DNA of 64,000 bases, from positions 71,176,001 through 71,240,000 of the forward strand of contig OZ024740.1 in the NCBI GenBank assembly GCA_964016885.1, read 5' to 3'. The translations under genes and the position numbers were made by a program. Below, piece after piece: positions 52,260 to 64,000 of this stretch. Below the pieces are notes generated by a model, which did no database searches, had not been told where the DNA came from, and saw only the letters and a program-made list of their open reading frames with translations. How positions within the stretch are numbered: the first letter of the stretch is position 1; the number at the start of each line of letters is the position of its first letter. Origin of the DNA: Eledone cirrhosa. Taxonomy: Eukaryota.

Positions 52260-52580
52260 AGTGAGACCGCACATACAGCTGTGCCACAAGTGATAGCAAG
52301 GCTATGGCGTGTGAATAACCGCGCACTGTTGCGGGTATTACCTGATTCCTCGGTAAGGCGAGCCACCAATGATCGCAAGTACTTTCTCTGTGGACCATTT
52401 TCGCCAAACATCTCGAATGCTCCAGGCTGGAAAAATTACTTTGCCGATAATTCCTGGTATTTTAGAATTTTATTCCATTCAGCTATGGATGCAGTAACCA
52501 TCAAAATTTACTGCAGCATCCAGGATGTGTGAATGATTAAAAGAGTTGCTCACTGTGGCATCTCAACAGACATTTAAACC
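52260..52580 (-). mobile_element. Degenerate CRE-like RLE domain and C-terminus
   Basis: *DATVSNSF...ASIAE..KILKYQELS..FFQP.AFEMFG...RLTEESGNTRNSARLFTRHSLAITCG. Confidence 0.72.
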
Positions 52581-53862
52581 ACATTTTTAGTCTCAGGATA
52601 ACTTCCTGCCTTTCCTCCCACCTGTCTCAGGTGTCCCCAAAAGGACCATGAGTATTGGCAGTCCTCCCTAAAGCCTAACTAAAAAAAAAATACAATTTTG
52701 TCTTCTTTTTTTTTTCTGTTAATTTTCTGTCTCTGAATTCATTCTTTTTAAAGTCTTGCTTAAATATTTTAGTCGCGTCCATATGTTTAACATGCTTTCA
52801 GAAAACAGATTTGATTTCATCATACCACCTAATTTTCCTTGTTTACTTTACGTTATATCATGCTCTGTTTCTGTTTAAACTAGGTTATGTACCTTCTTAT
52901 GTTGTTTGTGGTTTGAAAACAAGTTATGTATCTTCATTTGTTGTTTGTGATTTGTTTTGCTTCACTTCAGTAAATCTTGACTATTTATTATCTTTCCAAT
53001 TACTGAATTCATCAGGCCAGCAATTTCAAGGAGGGGAAAGTCGATTATATTGACCCTAGTACTTAACTGGTACTTTATTTTATCAACCCAGAAAGGATGA
53101 AAGACAAAGTTGGCCTCGGCAGGATATGAACTCAGAATGTAAAGAGCTGGAAAAATACTGCTATGCATTTCTCCAATGCTCTAACATCTCTGCCAATCCA
53201 CCGGTCCTTGTTATATGAAATGAAAAATGTCCTTTTAATTCACTGAGGGCTGCTTTAAATTCATATTCTATGCCAAACAATGGGTTGTCAATCTTGAAAA
53301 AATTCTCCAGCCCCTTGAACTAGCTACTCATGGGACTGAGCTCAGATCCACTACAGGTATTTTGGTGTTTCTCTGAAGAATATTCTGTATATTGTCACCC
53401 CTACCAGTTTACCTAGATAGAAATTACCTGGAAATTTTTACCTCAGTATTTGTAATTCTAAGTGAGTACATATAAGTTCAAAGTGAGAATAATGCTTTCA
53501 AAGTGACCATATGTCAGATAAAAATGTGAATAGCAATGTCTAAGGGAATGAGTATATATCCCTTCAAAGTGAGCTTATGTTACTTGAACAAAATTGAAAC
53601 TTACTTCATTTAATTAACTAAGAATACATAATATATCTTCTCATAGAGAAAATGCAGCAGGAAGATTTTATCAGTTGAGGAATACGATATTATAAACAAA
53701 AGAATATAAAAGACCATTTTTTTTTTTAAATCAGTCATAATAGGTCATTTTCAATGGAATTATTGCATTGATACAATCTGGTAGATTATGTGGCTTCTAA
53801 AATTGCTGCACAAACAGATGTGTTTTATGCACAATGCTAATCTTTTAAGAGTTAAACTGCTT

Positions 53863-54297
53863 CATCATCATTTCATTTTATGTCCGCTTTTTCCTTGCTT
53901 GCAAGGGTGGGACGGGAACTGATTCTGGCTTGATTTCTACAGCTGGATGCCCTTCCTAACACCAACCTCATTTACAGTGAGTGCTGGGTTCTTTTTTGCC
54001 GTGGCACTCCACGTCCACTTTACAGTGTGGGCTGGGTGCTTTTTTGCCGTGGCACCTCCACAACCACTTTACAGTGTGGGCTGGGTGCTTTTTTGCCGTG
54101 GCACCTCCACGACCACTTTGCAGTGGAATGATAGGGACCCCAGTCCCTATCATCTCATTTCTACAGCTGAGTAAACTGGAGCAATGTGAAATAAAGTGTC
54201 TTGCTCAAGGAAACAACACATCACCCGGTCTGAGAATTGAACTCACAACCTTTCGATTTCAAAGCCAATGCTCTAACCACTAAGCCATGTGCCTCCA
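53863..54297 (-). mobile_element. Chimeric SINE: tRNA head plus central domain plus RTE-derived 3' tail
   Basis: TSD tgctt on both sides; the tail matches the RTE UTR at 24259-24400; other copies at 56833-57118(-) and 62259-62597(+). Confidence 0.85.
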
Positions 54298-56002
54298 TGC
54301 TTATTCTTCCAAATGTTTGTGTAATGCCTAGATAAACATGGCTTAGTGGTTAAAGCATCGGGCTTATAATTGTGAGGTTGTGAGTTTGATTCCTGAACCG
54401 GGCATTACATTTTCACGTTGCTCCAATTCCCTCTGTACTGTAGCTGTAGAAATAAGTTGCGACATCACTGGTCCCAAGCTGTATCGGCCTTTGCCTTTCG
54501 CTTGGCCAACATCGGTGGCATGAAGAGGGGAGACTGGTATGCATGGGCGACTGCTGGTCTTCCATAAACAACCTTGTGCCTCGGAGGGGAACTTTCTAGG
54601 TGCAAATCCCATGGTCATTTGTGACTGAAGGGAGACTTTACCCTTTACCCTTAATGTTGCTTGCAGTCAGCTCATGTTTGTGAATCTATGCCATTGTCAT
54701 ACTTAATTCAGATAAAACTGGAAAATATTATAACTACATTGAGTTTTTGCTTCATTACTTGGCTGATAAAAACTTATAATTAACGAGACAAATTTACATA
54801 GATGACATGTCAAATAATGTTATGACATTTTTTGCTCTCTTTTTGTCTCTTAACATATTTTTCATATATGTATGAATCAGACATTAAATAATGAGTGTGT
54901 GTATATACACACATGCACATATATTTATTATATTGCTGGGATTATTCTTTGTTACTTATCTGAGTTTTGCAGTTACCAACTGATCATGCGACTCAAGAGT
55001 TGTGTGATTAGTGGGTAACTGAGAGATGAGCTCTACTATGTTTAAATGCTAGCAGTGTATATGTATGTGTGTGTATATAAATATGTGTGTGTGTGTGTGT
55101 ATGTATACATATGTATGCATTATAAGGATTTTCATACAGTTAGGCTTTTACTGTTTCAATAGAAATGAGAAATATATCTGGTTTAATTTGTTATGATTAT
55201 GTTTGTTTTTTCCTTAACCCTTTAGCATTTACATTACTCTATATATACTATTGTATTTACACATAATATTGAATCTATGAGATTTTGATGTTATTTATTT
55301 TGAGAACAGTACCTTAACATCAGTATGAGTGGTCAGTTGCGGCTGGTTTGAACAGAAAGAGGTAAAAAATTCTGGCCACATCCCCAAAGAGATATTTGAA
55401 CCAAATTTACAACTTTATTTCTCATTTGCTATTGATATAAAGTCTTAACCATAGGGCAGAAAATCCTTCTAATATATACGCTTGTTAAGTATACAGTAGT
55501 AAGTTGAATAATGATCCTATTAATCTTAAATAATTTCATCTTATCCACATCTATATGTGTGTGTACATGCATGTGTCAGCATTTTCCATGCTGGAAGAGA
55601 ATTTATTCAATAAGAAAAAAGCAATAAATTTTTATTAAATTAAAAAGAGATCTTGTCTCACAGAACTCCAGAGTGTTTTGCAGAACCGAGTTTGGAAATC
55701 ACTAGCTTACTACATTAACCCCAGTAGGCCATTGGTATTTACTGTTTCTTAACGTAGTCTTGTATTATTGCAAAACTTAACCCTTTAGCATTTAAACCAG
55801 CCATATTTGGCCAGAATTCTCTCACTCCTTTCTGTTCAAACTGACTGTAACCAGCCACTCATAGTGATATTAAGGTATTATTCTCAAAATAAATAATATC
55901 AAAATCTCATAGATTTGATATTATGTGAGGTAAAGCCTTTACTGTGAAAATATAGTTGTAAATATAGAGTAATGTAAATGTTAAAGAGTTAAATAAATAA
56001 TT

Positions 56003-56795
56003 GACATTGTTGCATGGCAGTGAGACCTGGACATTGTGTGCAGAGGATATACGCAGACTAGAGAGGAACAAAGCTTGCATGCTCCGCTGGATGTGTAATA
56101 GTAATATACGTGAACGGCAAAGCATAAACGAACTAAGGGAAAAATTAGAAATAAGAGGGATCAGATGTTGTTTACTCGAGAGAAGGCTACGTTGGTATGG
56201 TCACGTGATGCGCATGAAAGACGACAGCTGTATAAAAAAGTGCAGGGCAATAAAGATAGACGGTAGCCACGGAGTAGGCAGACCCAGAAAAACCTGGGAC
56301 GACCTGATAAATTCCGACCTCACACACTTACACCTCTCCAAGACAATGTCACTGGACCGAGATCTTTGGCGGTACTCAGTAATAGAGAAGACCCGCCTTA
56401 CCTAAATACAAAGTAAAATCTACTACAGTCAGTAGGCATCTCTCACAAAATACACCCCCGTCCCACCACCCCCACCCCTATCCACACCGCCTCTTTCAAT
56501 GTAAAGTTATGTTGGTGCCACAACATCCAGGCCGAAACAAATGAGATTGTGTAGGTGTCACGACAAAAAAACACACAGTCCATGCTGTAATGTGACCGTG
56601 TAGGCAACGCGGTAAAAACCTCCCAGCCCCACACTGTAAATGTGGTTGGTGTTAGGAAGGGCATCCAGCTGTAGAAAACCCGCCAGACAGTCCTATGCGA
56701 GCAAGACAACCACTCTTGCCTCAAGTGGGAAAACTCCCGTCCAAACCCATGCAAGCGTGGAACATGGACGTTAAACGATGATGATGATGATGATG
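56003..56795 (+). mobile_element. 5'-truncated RTE copy, nearly identical to 750-1654
   Basis: LHGSETWTLCAEDIRRLERN...EKTRLT*, UTR, (GAT)n tail. Confidence 0.93.
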
Positions 56796-59700
56796 AAGTA
56801 AAATTGTGAAAGTAAAAAAATTGGAGTTTTCTTCATCATCATCATCATTTTATGTCCGCTTTTCCCTGCTTGCAAGGGTGGGACGGGAACTGATTCTGGC
56901 ATGATTTCTACAGCTGGATGCCCTTCCTAACACCAACCACATTTACAGTGAGTGCTGGGTGCTTTTTTTCCATGGCACCTACACGACCACTTTGCAGTGG
57001 AATGATAGGGACCCCAGTCCCTATCATCTCATTTGTACAGCTGAGTAAACTAGAGCAATGTGAAATAAAGTGTCTTGCTCACCCGGTCTGAGAATTGAAC
57101 TCACAACCTTTCGATTGCAAAAAAAATTTTTTTACCAGGCCTGCCTCCTTCAGGGCCCAAGTAAGGGGCTTCATAATTAACTAGTACAGGGCCTCATTTG
57201 TCTTAAATCTGGCACTGCACAGATAGCTGGTTTTGTAAAGAAATATTCAGATTTGGTTCCAGTTTGAACATAGCACAGCCTCTTTCTTCTACTCTGACTT
57301 TACATTTCTTTGTGTGTTTACATTTCTTTGTAGTTTAACACTATTCTTAGCTTTTGCAAAGTACTATGATTAGACTCCAGCTTGAGCACACCTTCTCTCT
57401 TCTACTCTGACTTCACTTTCCCTTGTGTAATACCATATGATTATCACTGGGTGCCCAAATCCATGGGTAATAGCTCAGAGGGTTGTCTCATCAGCTGATG
57501 TATAATACTAATGAACACAGTATTCAGAAAGGTCCTACTCACTGCTGCAGTCTTGTAGTATGTACTCAAAGATTGTCAGAGTAGTCAGTGTTAACCATTG
57601 AGACATGGTGTTCTTTCCTTCACTCACACTAAACAACAGAGATGACTACTAAAGAGAACGAGTCAATTCAATCTCATCTACACTAACAGTCATCAACTTG
57701 GATCCCACCATTTATCTTCTAACACATGAGTCATTCATGTTGTCTGATAAAGCCACATTTCCTGCATGTTTGCTCTCTCTCTGGTTGTAACTGTAAATCA
57801 GCTGACTCAGACTATGGCAACCAACCCTACACATGAAAGTCAAACAAAGTGATTATATCTCAATCCTGTTGATCTTTACCTCCCATTTCCTGTTTTCTCA
57901 TAACATATATCTCAGCTATATTATCTTTTGCGTAACCCTTTGCTGCAAAGCAGGGTCAGACGCCATGCTTTGCAGCAAACAGTTACGGCCCTTTATGGTC
58001 TGAGTTCAAATCACGCCGAGGTTAACTTTACCTTTCATCCTTACGGGGGTCGATAAAATAAAGTACCAGTAATACACTGGGATAATTGCTGGCCTTGTGC
58101 CAAAAGTAGAAACAATTATCTTTAGTGCCTGTTCAGTTGGCTTTACTGATTCTTTTTCAATTAAAATATTTATTTTGGGTGACTTCCTGAATACCATTGG
58201 TTTTGTTTTCTTTACATTGGATTGTGGACATACTGGGGCACCACATTCTAGGGTTTAGTTAGTCATGTCAGCCCTAGTTCTTCTTTTACAGACTGGAAAG
58301 ATGAAAGTAAAAGTTGACCTCATTGGAACTTAGAGGGACATAAGATTTGAGGCTATAGTCCCAAATATTTTTGGCTAATTATAGGGTTATAACACTGATA
58401 TATTTCACTAACTTAATGTTTCAGATGTCAGGTGGAAGGTGTTGTTTCTGCTGTTGTTTAACTTTAGTTTAGTTCTGAATCAGTCTCAAGATGAAAGGCA
58501 TTCCAGCTATGACAATTCCATTTTTTAGTGTATCTATGACTGCATATGGGTAGTAAACTTAATTAGTCACAGTTTAACCCTTTCATTAATTACAATATTT
58601 CTAATGAAATGCGCTACCTATGATTTTCAATTAATTTTGAAAATATTCAAGACTTTTGAGGGATTTAGTAAAATAATTAACTAACTTGTATTTTAAATCT
58701 GGTGTTTGCAACATAACAAAATTTTTCTTACATAAAATTAGATGAAAGGCTTAAATTATATAAAAACACTTGAAAACAAACAGCTTTTTATCATAGAACC
58801 AGAGATGGTTTCAGGCAGTTTGATATCAACTACAACTTAGCCCTTGTGTGCATTTAGCAGAATTCACTCTGTTTCAAGCATCCAGGTTATGTCTCTGGTT
58901 TGAGGATATTTTCTTCTCTCCTGACTAAAGATAAAAGAAATATTATGTTATATGTTAGTGCTACAATAAGATGCACTTAGTCCACTCCGTAAAGTGGTAG
59001 TGCTGTTGCCATGATAAAATGAACCCAATCCACTCTGTAAAGTTGTTCTGGTCCCACAATAAAATGCACTCAGTCAAATTTATAAAGTGGTAGTTCTGGT
59101 GCCAAGAAAAAACTCACTCAGTACATCCTATAAGGCGTTTAGTGTTAGGAAGGGTATCTAACCATAGAAACCATACCAAATATGGAAACTATAATCATGA
59201 AGGTCATCAACCCGACCTAGCCTCAGAACGTGACGACCCAACTCGTGGACAGCGGCCATAAAAACGATGAGGATGATGATGAATGTGCTATCCTAAAATA
59301 AGGTGCAATTTGAGGGGGGGGTGGGAGGAAGATTTATTATTTAAAAAAAAACAAGTGTGAAAATTGTTTTTCTGTCGGCTTTTCCAGGCTAGCATGGTTT
59401 GTATGGGTCTTTTTGAGACAATGTTCTACAACTAATGCCTTACTTGACACAAGCCCTTTTTTTTGCAAGTAAGATGCAGATCTTCATACATAGAATGTAG
59501 ACAAATAGCACCACCTGTGATGTCAAATGCAAAAAGAAGAGAAAAGACAAACACTCACACACAAATGTATGTATTTGTTCCAGCTCTTTGCATTCTGAGT
59601 TCAAATCCCATTGTGGGTGGTGGTCTTAAACAAGGTCTCTGATTTGAAGATACCTTCTTCCCTCCCATCAGTCTCGGAGGTCCTGAAAAGGGTTATGGGC

Positions 59701-60145
59701 ACTGCCCCTCCCACACTCAATAAACTGTACAAAGTATCTTTGTCATATCTATAGCTTTATGTATATTTCTTGCTATCACAGTCTGTATACCTTGTTCTTG
59801 TCTGCTGTGGATGTTTGATGTTTAATTATGTGTGTGGAGGATTGGCTGAATTGGTAGAGCATCAGATAAAATACTATTGTGGTATTTATTCTGGTTTTTT
59901 ACATTCTGAGTTCAAATCCTGTCAAGGTCCATAAAATCAAATACCAGTCAAGTACAGGAGTTGATTGAATCAACTTTGCCCTTCCCCCAAATGTTATGGC
60001 CTTGTGCTTAAACTAGAAATTAATATTTGTGTGTGTGTGTGTGTCTGTAATTCCCAGCTCATATATTACTCTAAAATACAAATAGAATATTTAGGAAGGA
60101 CTAACGAGCCGTTTGTGTATTGTGTCACTTCTTTATGTTGTGCAG

Positions 60146-60232
60146 GTCTCACTGAGAAACATGCAGGAAAACAAATGCTGATGAGTGCACATCATTTTGA
60201 TAATTCAATAGGAGCACTGGCTGGGGCCAAGA
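60146..60232 (+). CDS. Gene 2 probable next exon: (G)LTEKHAGKQMLMSAHHFDNSIGALAGAK
   Basis: cttctttatgttgtgcag acceptor, A|gtaagt donor, phase 1 to phase 1, unique sequence. Confidence 0.6.
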
Positions 60233-60774
60233 GTAAGTAACACACAATACATACATACATACATATACATGCATACATAGACGGACACACACATACATGC
60301 ATTCCAACACACATAGATACATAAGTTTGTTTTTGTTTCTTTATTTCTTATTTTATCAATATCTTAGATATCTTCAATTTGTTATTTAAGTAGATATACC
60401 ATATTTTATTTCTCCCCCCCCCCTCTCTCTCTCTCCAGTTTGGTTAATGGAACATCCTACTCGTTAAATTAACACGGTTGTGGCTGAATATTTGACAGAT
60501 ATGTGAATCCTTAATGTAATTCTCACTCTGTCAGATGGTAATATTGGTGTCACAATGTCCACCCTGTAAGAATGTAGAGCTAGTGCCATAATAAAACACA
60601 CCCAGTCCACCTTGTAAAGTAGTAGTGTCAGAGCCACAATAAACACACCCAGTCTACCCTGTAAGATGGTAGCGCCTGTGCCACAATAAAATGCTCCCAG
60701 TAAATGCTATAAAATAGTTGGCATTAGGAAAGGCATCCAGTCATAGAAACCAAGCCCAAAACAATGTATATATA

Positions 60775-60962
60775 TGAGGGCGTGCTGAAAAGTTCCTGGT
60801 TTGATCACTGCTACAGAAGCCTGGTTGGAGGTCCAACCTTCCGAGTTCTTCTTTCAGGGCTTAGAAAAACTGAAGGACTGCTGCAATAAGTGTGTGTATC
60901 TGAGAGCGAAATATGTTGAACAAAATCATAATTAACTGATCCTCCTGTATTTTCTTTTACCC
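60775..60962 (+). mobile_element. Mariner-derived short non-autonomous element
   Basis: Starts ta-tgagggcgtgctgaaaagttcc (mariner-like TIR); encodes FFFQGLEKLKDCCNKCVYLRAKYVE, like a mariner C-terminus. Confidence 0.65.
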
Positions 60963-62021
60963 TTTGATTATACAACTTGTTTGTTTCACTTGGCTAAATT
61001 TTGTCCATATATCATAAATTTGAAACAAAGCTATATTTCCTTAAAGAATAGAGAATTAAAAACATTCAAAATTATTATATTTTTATTAGTTCAGACAGGA
61101 ATTTGCCACCCAAGTCAAGTCCCTGGGGTGAAGTAAAGTGAAAAATGAATGTAGTTATTTAAAATATTTCTTGTTTGTTTGAAATAGAAATATTTGACAG
61201 TTGGGTTGCTTTGACTAAGCCTGTATAGGCAAACTGTTACAGTCACTACTGATATATATAATCCTCATTGTTTTTTTGTTTGTTCTTTTCTATGCTGGGA
61301 TGGGTTGGATAGGATATTTTGAGACAATATTTTACAGCCAGCTACCCTTCTTAATGCCAACTCTTTTAGTTGCCACTTACCTTATGCAGAGATATAGCGT
61401 ATCTATTCTACAAAAACTAGGAAACACACACTCATATAGGCTTCTACATAGTTTCTGTCTTCAGACCAACACGATGCTATAGAAGTCATTTACCCAATAT
61501 GCTGTGCAGTGAGATCAAACCATTACCATGTAGTTATCAACTAAACTTCTTTACCACGCAGCCATGCCATTGCAAGCAGCATCCTTAGATAAAAGGGTAC
61601 CTCCTACTTACATAGCATAAAAAGACTAATTGAAGCAATGTAAAATTAAGTGTCCTGTTCAGAAACACTACTAAATGCTTGCAGTAGATTTGAACTCACG
61701 GTGATAATCTATTGTTTAACCCTTTAGCATTTAAACCAGCCATATCCAGCCAGAATTCTTTCACCTCTTCCTGTTCAAACCAGTCACCACTGACGTTAAG
61801 GTATTGTTCTAAAAATAAATAATATCAAAATCTCATAGATTCGATATTATGTGAAATAATTATGTGAGGTAAAGCTTTTACCACAAAAATACAATAGTAG
61901 ATATAGAGTAATGTAAATTATAAAGGGTTAAGCCACTCAACCATTTTTTCTTAATAGTTTTCTTTTCTTTACACATCACTGAGAATGAGCTAAAGTATCA
62001 AAGCATTCAATACTTTAAGTA

Positions 62022-62817
62022 CAGAGGTTCTCAAACTTTTTGGGCCACTGCCCCTCCTCTTACGGCCACGTAATACCATCAGCACCTCCACCCTATTTCC
62101 AGTGAGACCTGCCTATACACAAATTATAAATAATATATAATAAATAAAATCGTTAATTTATATATAATAAATAATATAATATAAGTATGTATCAGCTGTA
62201 CTAAGAGCGAGAAATGAAATTTTGTTTCATTCTTTTCCAAATAATATAATATATACTGGAGGCACATGGCTTAGTGGTTAGAGCATTGGACTTGTAATCA
62301 AAAGGTTGTGAGTTCAATTCTCAGACCGGGTGATGTGTTGTTTCCTTGAGCAAGACACTTTATTTCACATTGCTCCAGTTTACTCAGCTGTAGAAATGAG
62401 ATGATAGGGACCCCAGTCCCTATCATTCCACTGCAAAGTGGACGTGGAGGTGCCACGGCAAAAAGCACCCAGCACTCACTGTAATTGAGGTTGGTGTTAG
62501 GAAGGGCATCCAGCTGTAGAAATCAAGCCAGAATCAGTTCCCATCTCACCCTTGCAAGCAGGGAAAAAGCGGACGTAAAATGAAATGATGATGATGATAC
62601 TATGTATAAATAGATATATATTTTTTATTTTACTATATTTATATATATGTATCATTTGATATTTAATATACTATCATATCATATATATACAATACTAAAT
62701 AATAAATAATAAATTCATAGCATCCCCCCCACCATCCCCTGAGGCCACAGCGCCCCCTCCCCCTGGACCTTCTCAGTACCCCCTGGGGGACAGTAGCACC
62801 CAGTTTGAGAACCTCTG
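62022..62817. mobile_element. hAT-like MITE carrying a chimeric SINE (62259-62597)
   Basis: TIRs cagaggttctcaaact / agtttgagaacctctg; degenerate 8-bp TSD tttaagta / ctttagta. Confidence 0.82.
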
Positions 62818-63084
62818 CTTTAGTAGAACAAAACAAAAATTGACTAAATTAAACAGCATGGATATGTTAGATTATGCTAACTAGCTGATGTTTTAAATTT
62901 CTATATAAAATTGAATATAGGCCACTGTCATAATAAGTCTTTGTGTTCAAAATATTTTAGTTTCATTATTTATTATTTCAAGCACAGAACAAGATTTGGT
63001 ATATAAGTTGCTTTTCATAACCAATATTTTTTATTTTAATTATTATTTTAGTAAAAACTGTGATTTATGTATGAGTTTATATGG

Positions 63085-63425
63085 TATACTAACCAGGTTA
63101 CATTTTAAATTCTACTAACCAGGGGATATTTTGAATCATATTAACCAAGCAATATTCTAATCATACTAACCAGGTAATATTTTAATCATACTAAGCAGGT
63201 AATATTTTAATCATACTAACCAGGTAATATTTTAATCATACTAACCAGATAATATTTTAATCATACTAACCAGGTAATATTTTAATCATACTAACCAGAT
63301 AATATTTTAATCATACTAACCAGGCAATATTTTAATCATACTAACCAGGCAATATTTTAATCATACTAACCAGGTAATAGTTTTAATTTTATTAACCAGG
63401 TAATATTTTGAATTATACTAACCTA
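63085..63425. repeat. 25-bp tandem repeat (~12-13 units)
   Basis: Unit aatattttaatcatactaaccaggt. Confidence 0.93.
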
Positions 63426-64000
63426 ACTGAAAATGTTTTCTACTAAAATATTTGAATATTATATTATAAGAACAGATAAGATGTAATGTAGGATTTTTTA
63501 AAAGATTCTTTTATTGTTAGGGCAGTGGATTGGTAGTATTGGTAGAGCGTTGGACAACGTGCTTTGTGGCATGTAGTTACAACCCTTTACGTTGTTCAAA
63601 TCCTGCCAAGGTTAGCTTTACCTTTCATCCTTACAAGGTTGATAAAATAGAGTACCAGTAATGCAAAGAGGTCAAGTTACTCGACTTTTCCCTGCCCCCT
63701 TCAAATTGCTGGCCTTGTACCAAAAGTAAAAACAATTATTATAACAATAAAAAATATCTTCTTACACCACACTCAGGTAAATGTTTCAGGGTCCCAGCAG
63801 ACTAAATAGTGAATGTATTACTCTGAAGGATGATGAGGAAGATGCACTGAAAGAGCTATTCCACCTTAACCCTTTAGCATTTAAACTGGCCATATCCAGA
63901 ATTATCTCACCTCTTTCTGTTCAAACTGGATGTAACCAGCTTCTCATACTTATGTTAAGGTATTGTTCTCAAAATAAATAATATTAAAATCTCGTAGATT

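Noticed and set aside
52631-52680. Candidate gene 2 exon after ctgtctcag
   Set aside because: Stops after about 12 codons in the required phase, has no donor, and adjoins a CRE remnant.

Overview
Eukaryotic, AT-rich, repeat-dense genomic DNA, most likely from an octopod cephalopod (inferred from the SINE/RTE/microsatellite landscape, not proven). Two spliced + strand genes can be reconstructed by hand from splice signals and phase continuity. Gene 1 is the last four coding exons of an SLC5-family sodium-coupled (SMVT/SMCT-like) transporter (2853-7060). Gene 2 is an unrecognised secreted or membrane pro-protein with a signal peptide, an RHRR furin site and a long Q/N-rich PQQ-repeat exon (18237 to at least 60232, open at the 3' end). 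The rest is transposon-derived: RTE, CR1 and CRE-like LINE fragments, a Penelope-like element, a Helitron, a HINE-like element, a solo LTR, a Tc1/mariner, a hAT pseudogene, MITEs, tRNA-SINEs and two large minisatellites. The most striking observation is a perfect 260-bp palindrome (47701-47960) in an intron of gene 2 that carries a complete type I hammerhead ribozyme in each arm, one per strand. Two further minimal or degenerate hammerheads occur at 49250-49285 and 15013-15053.
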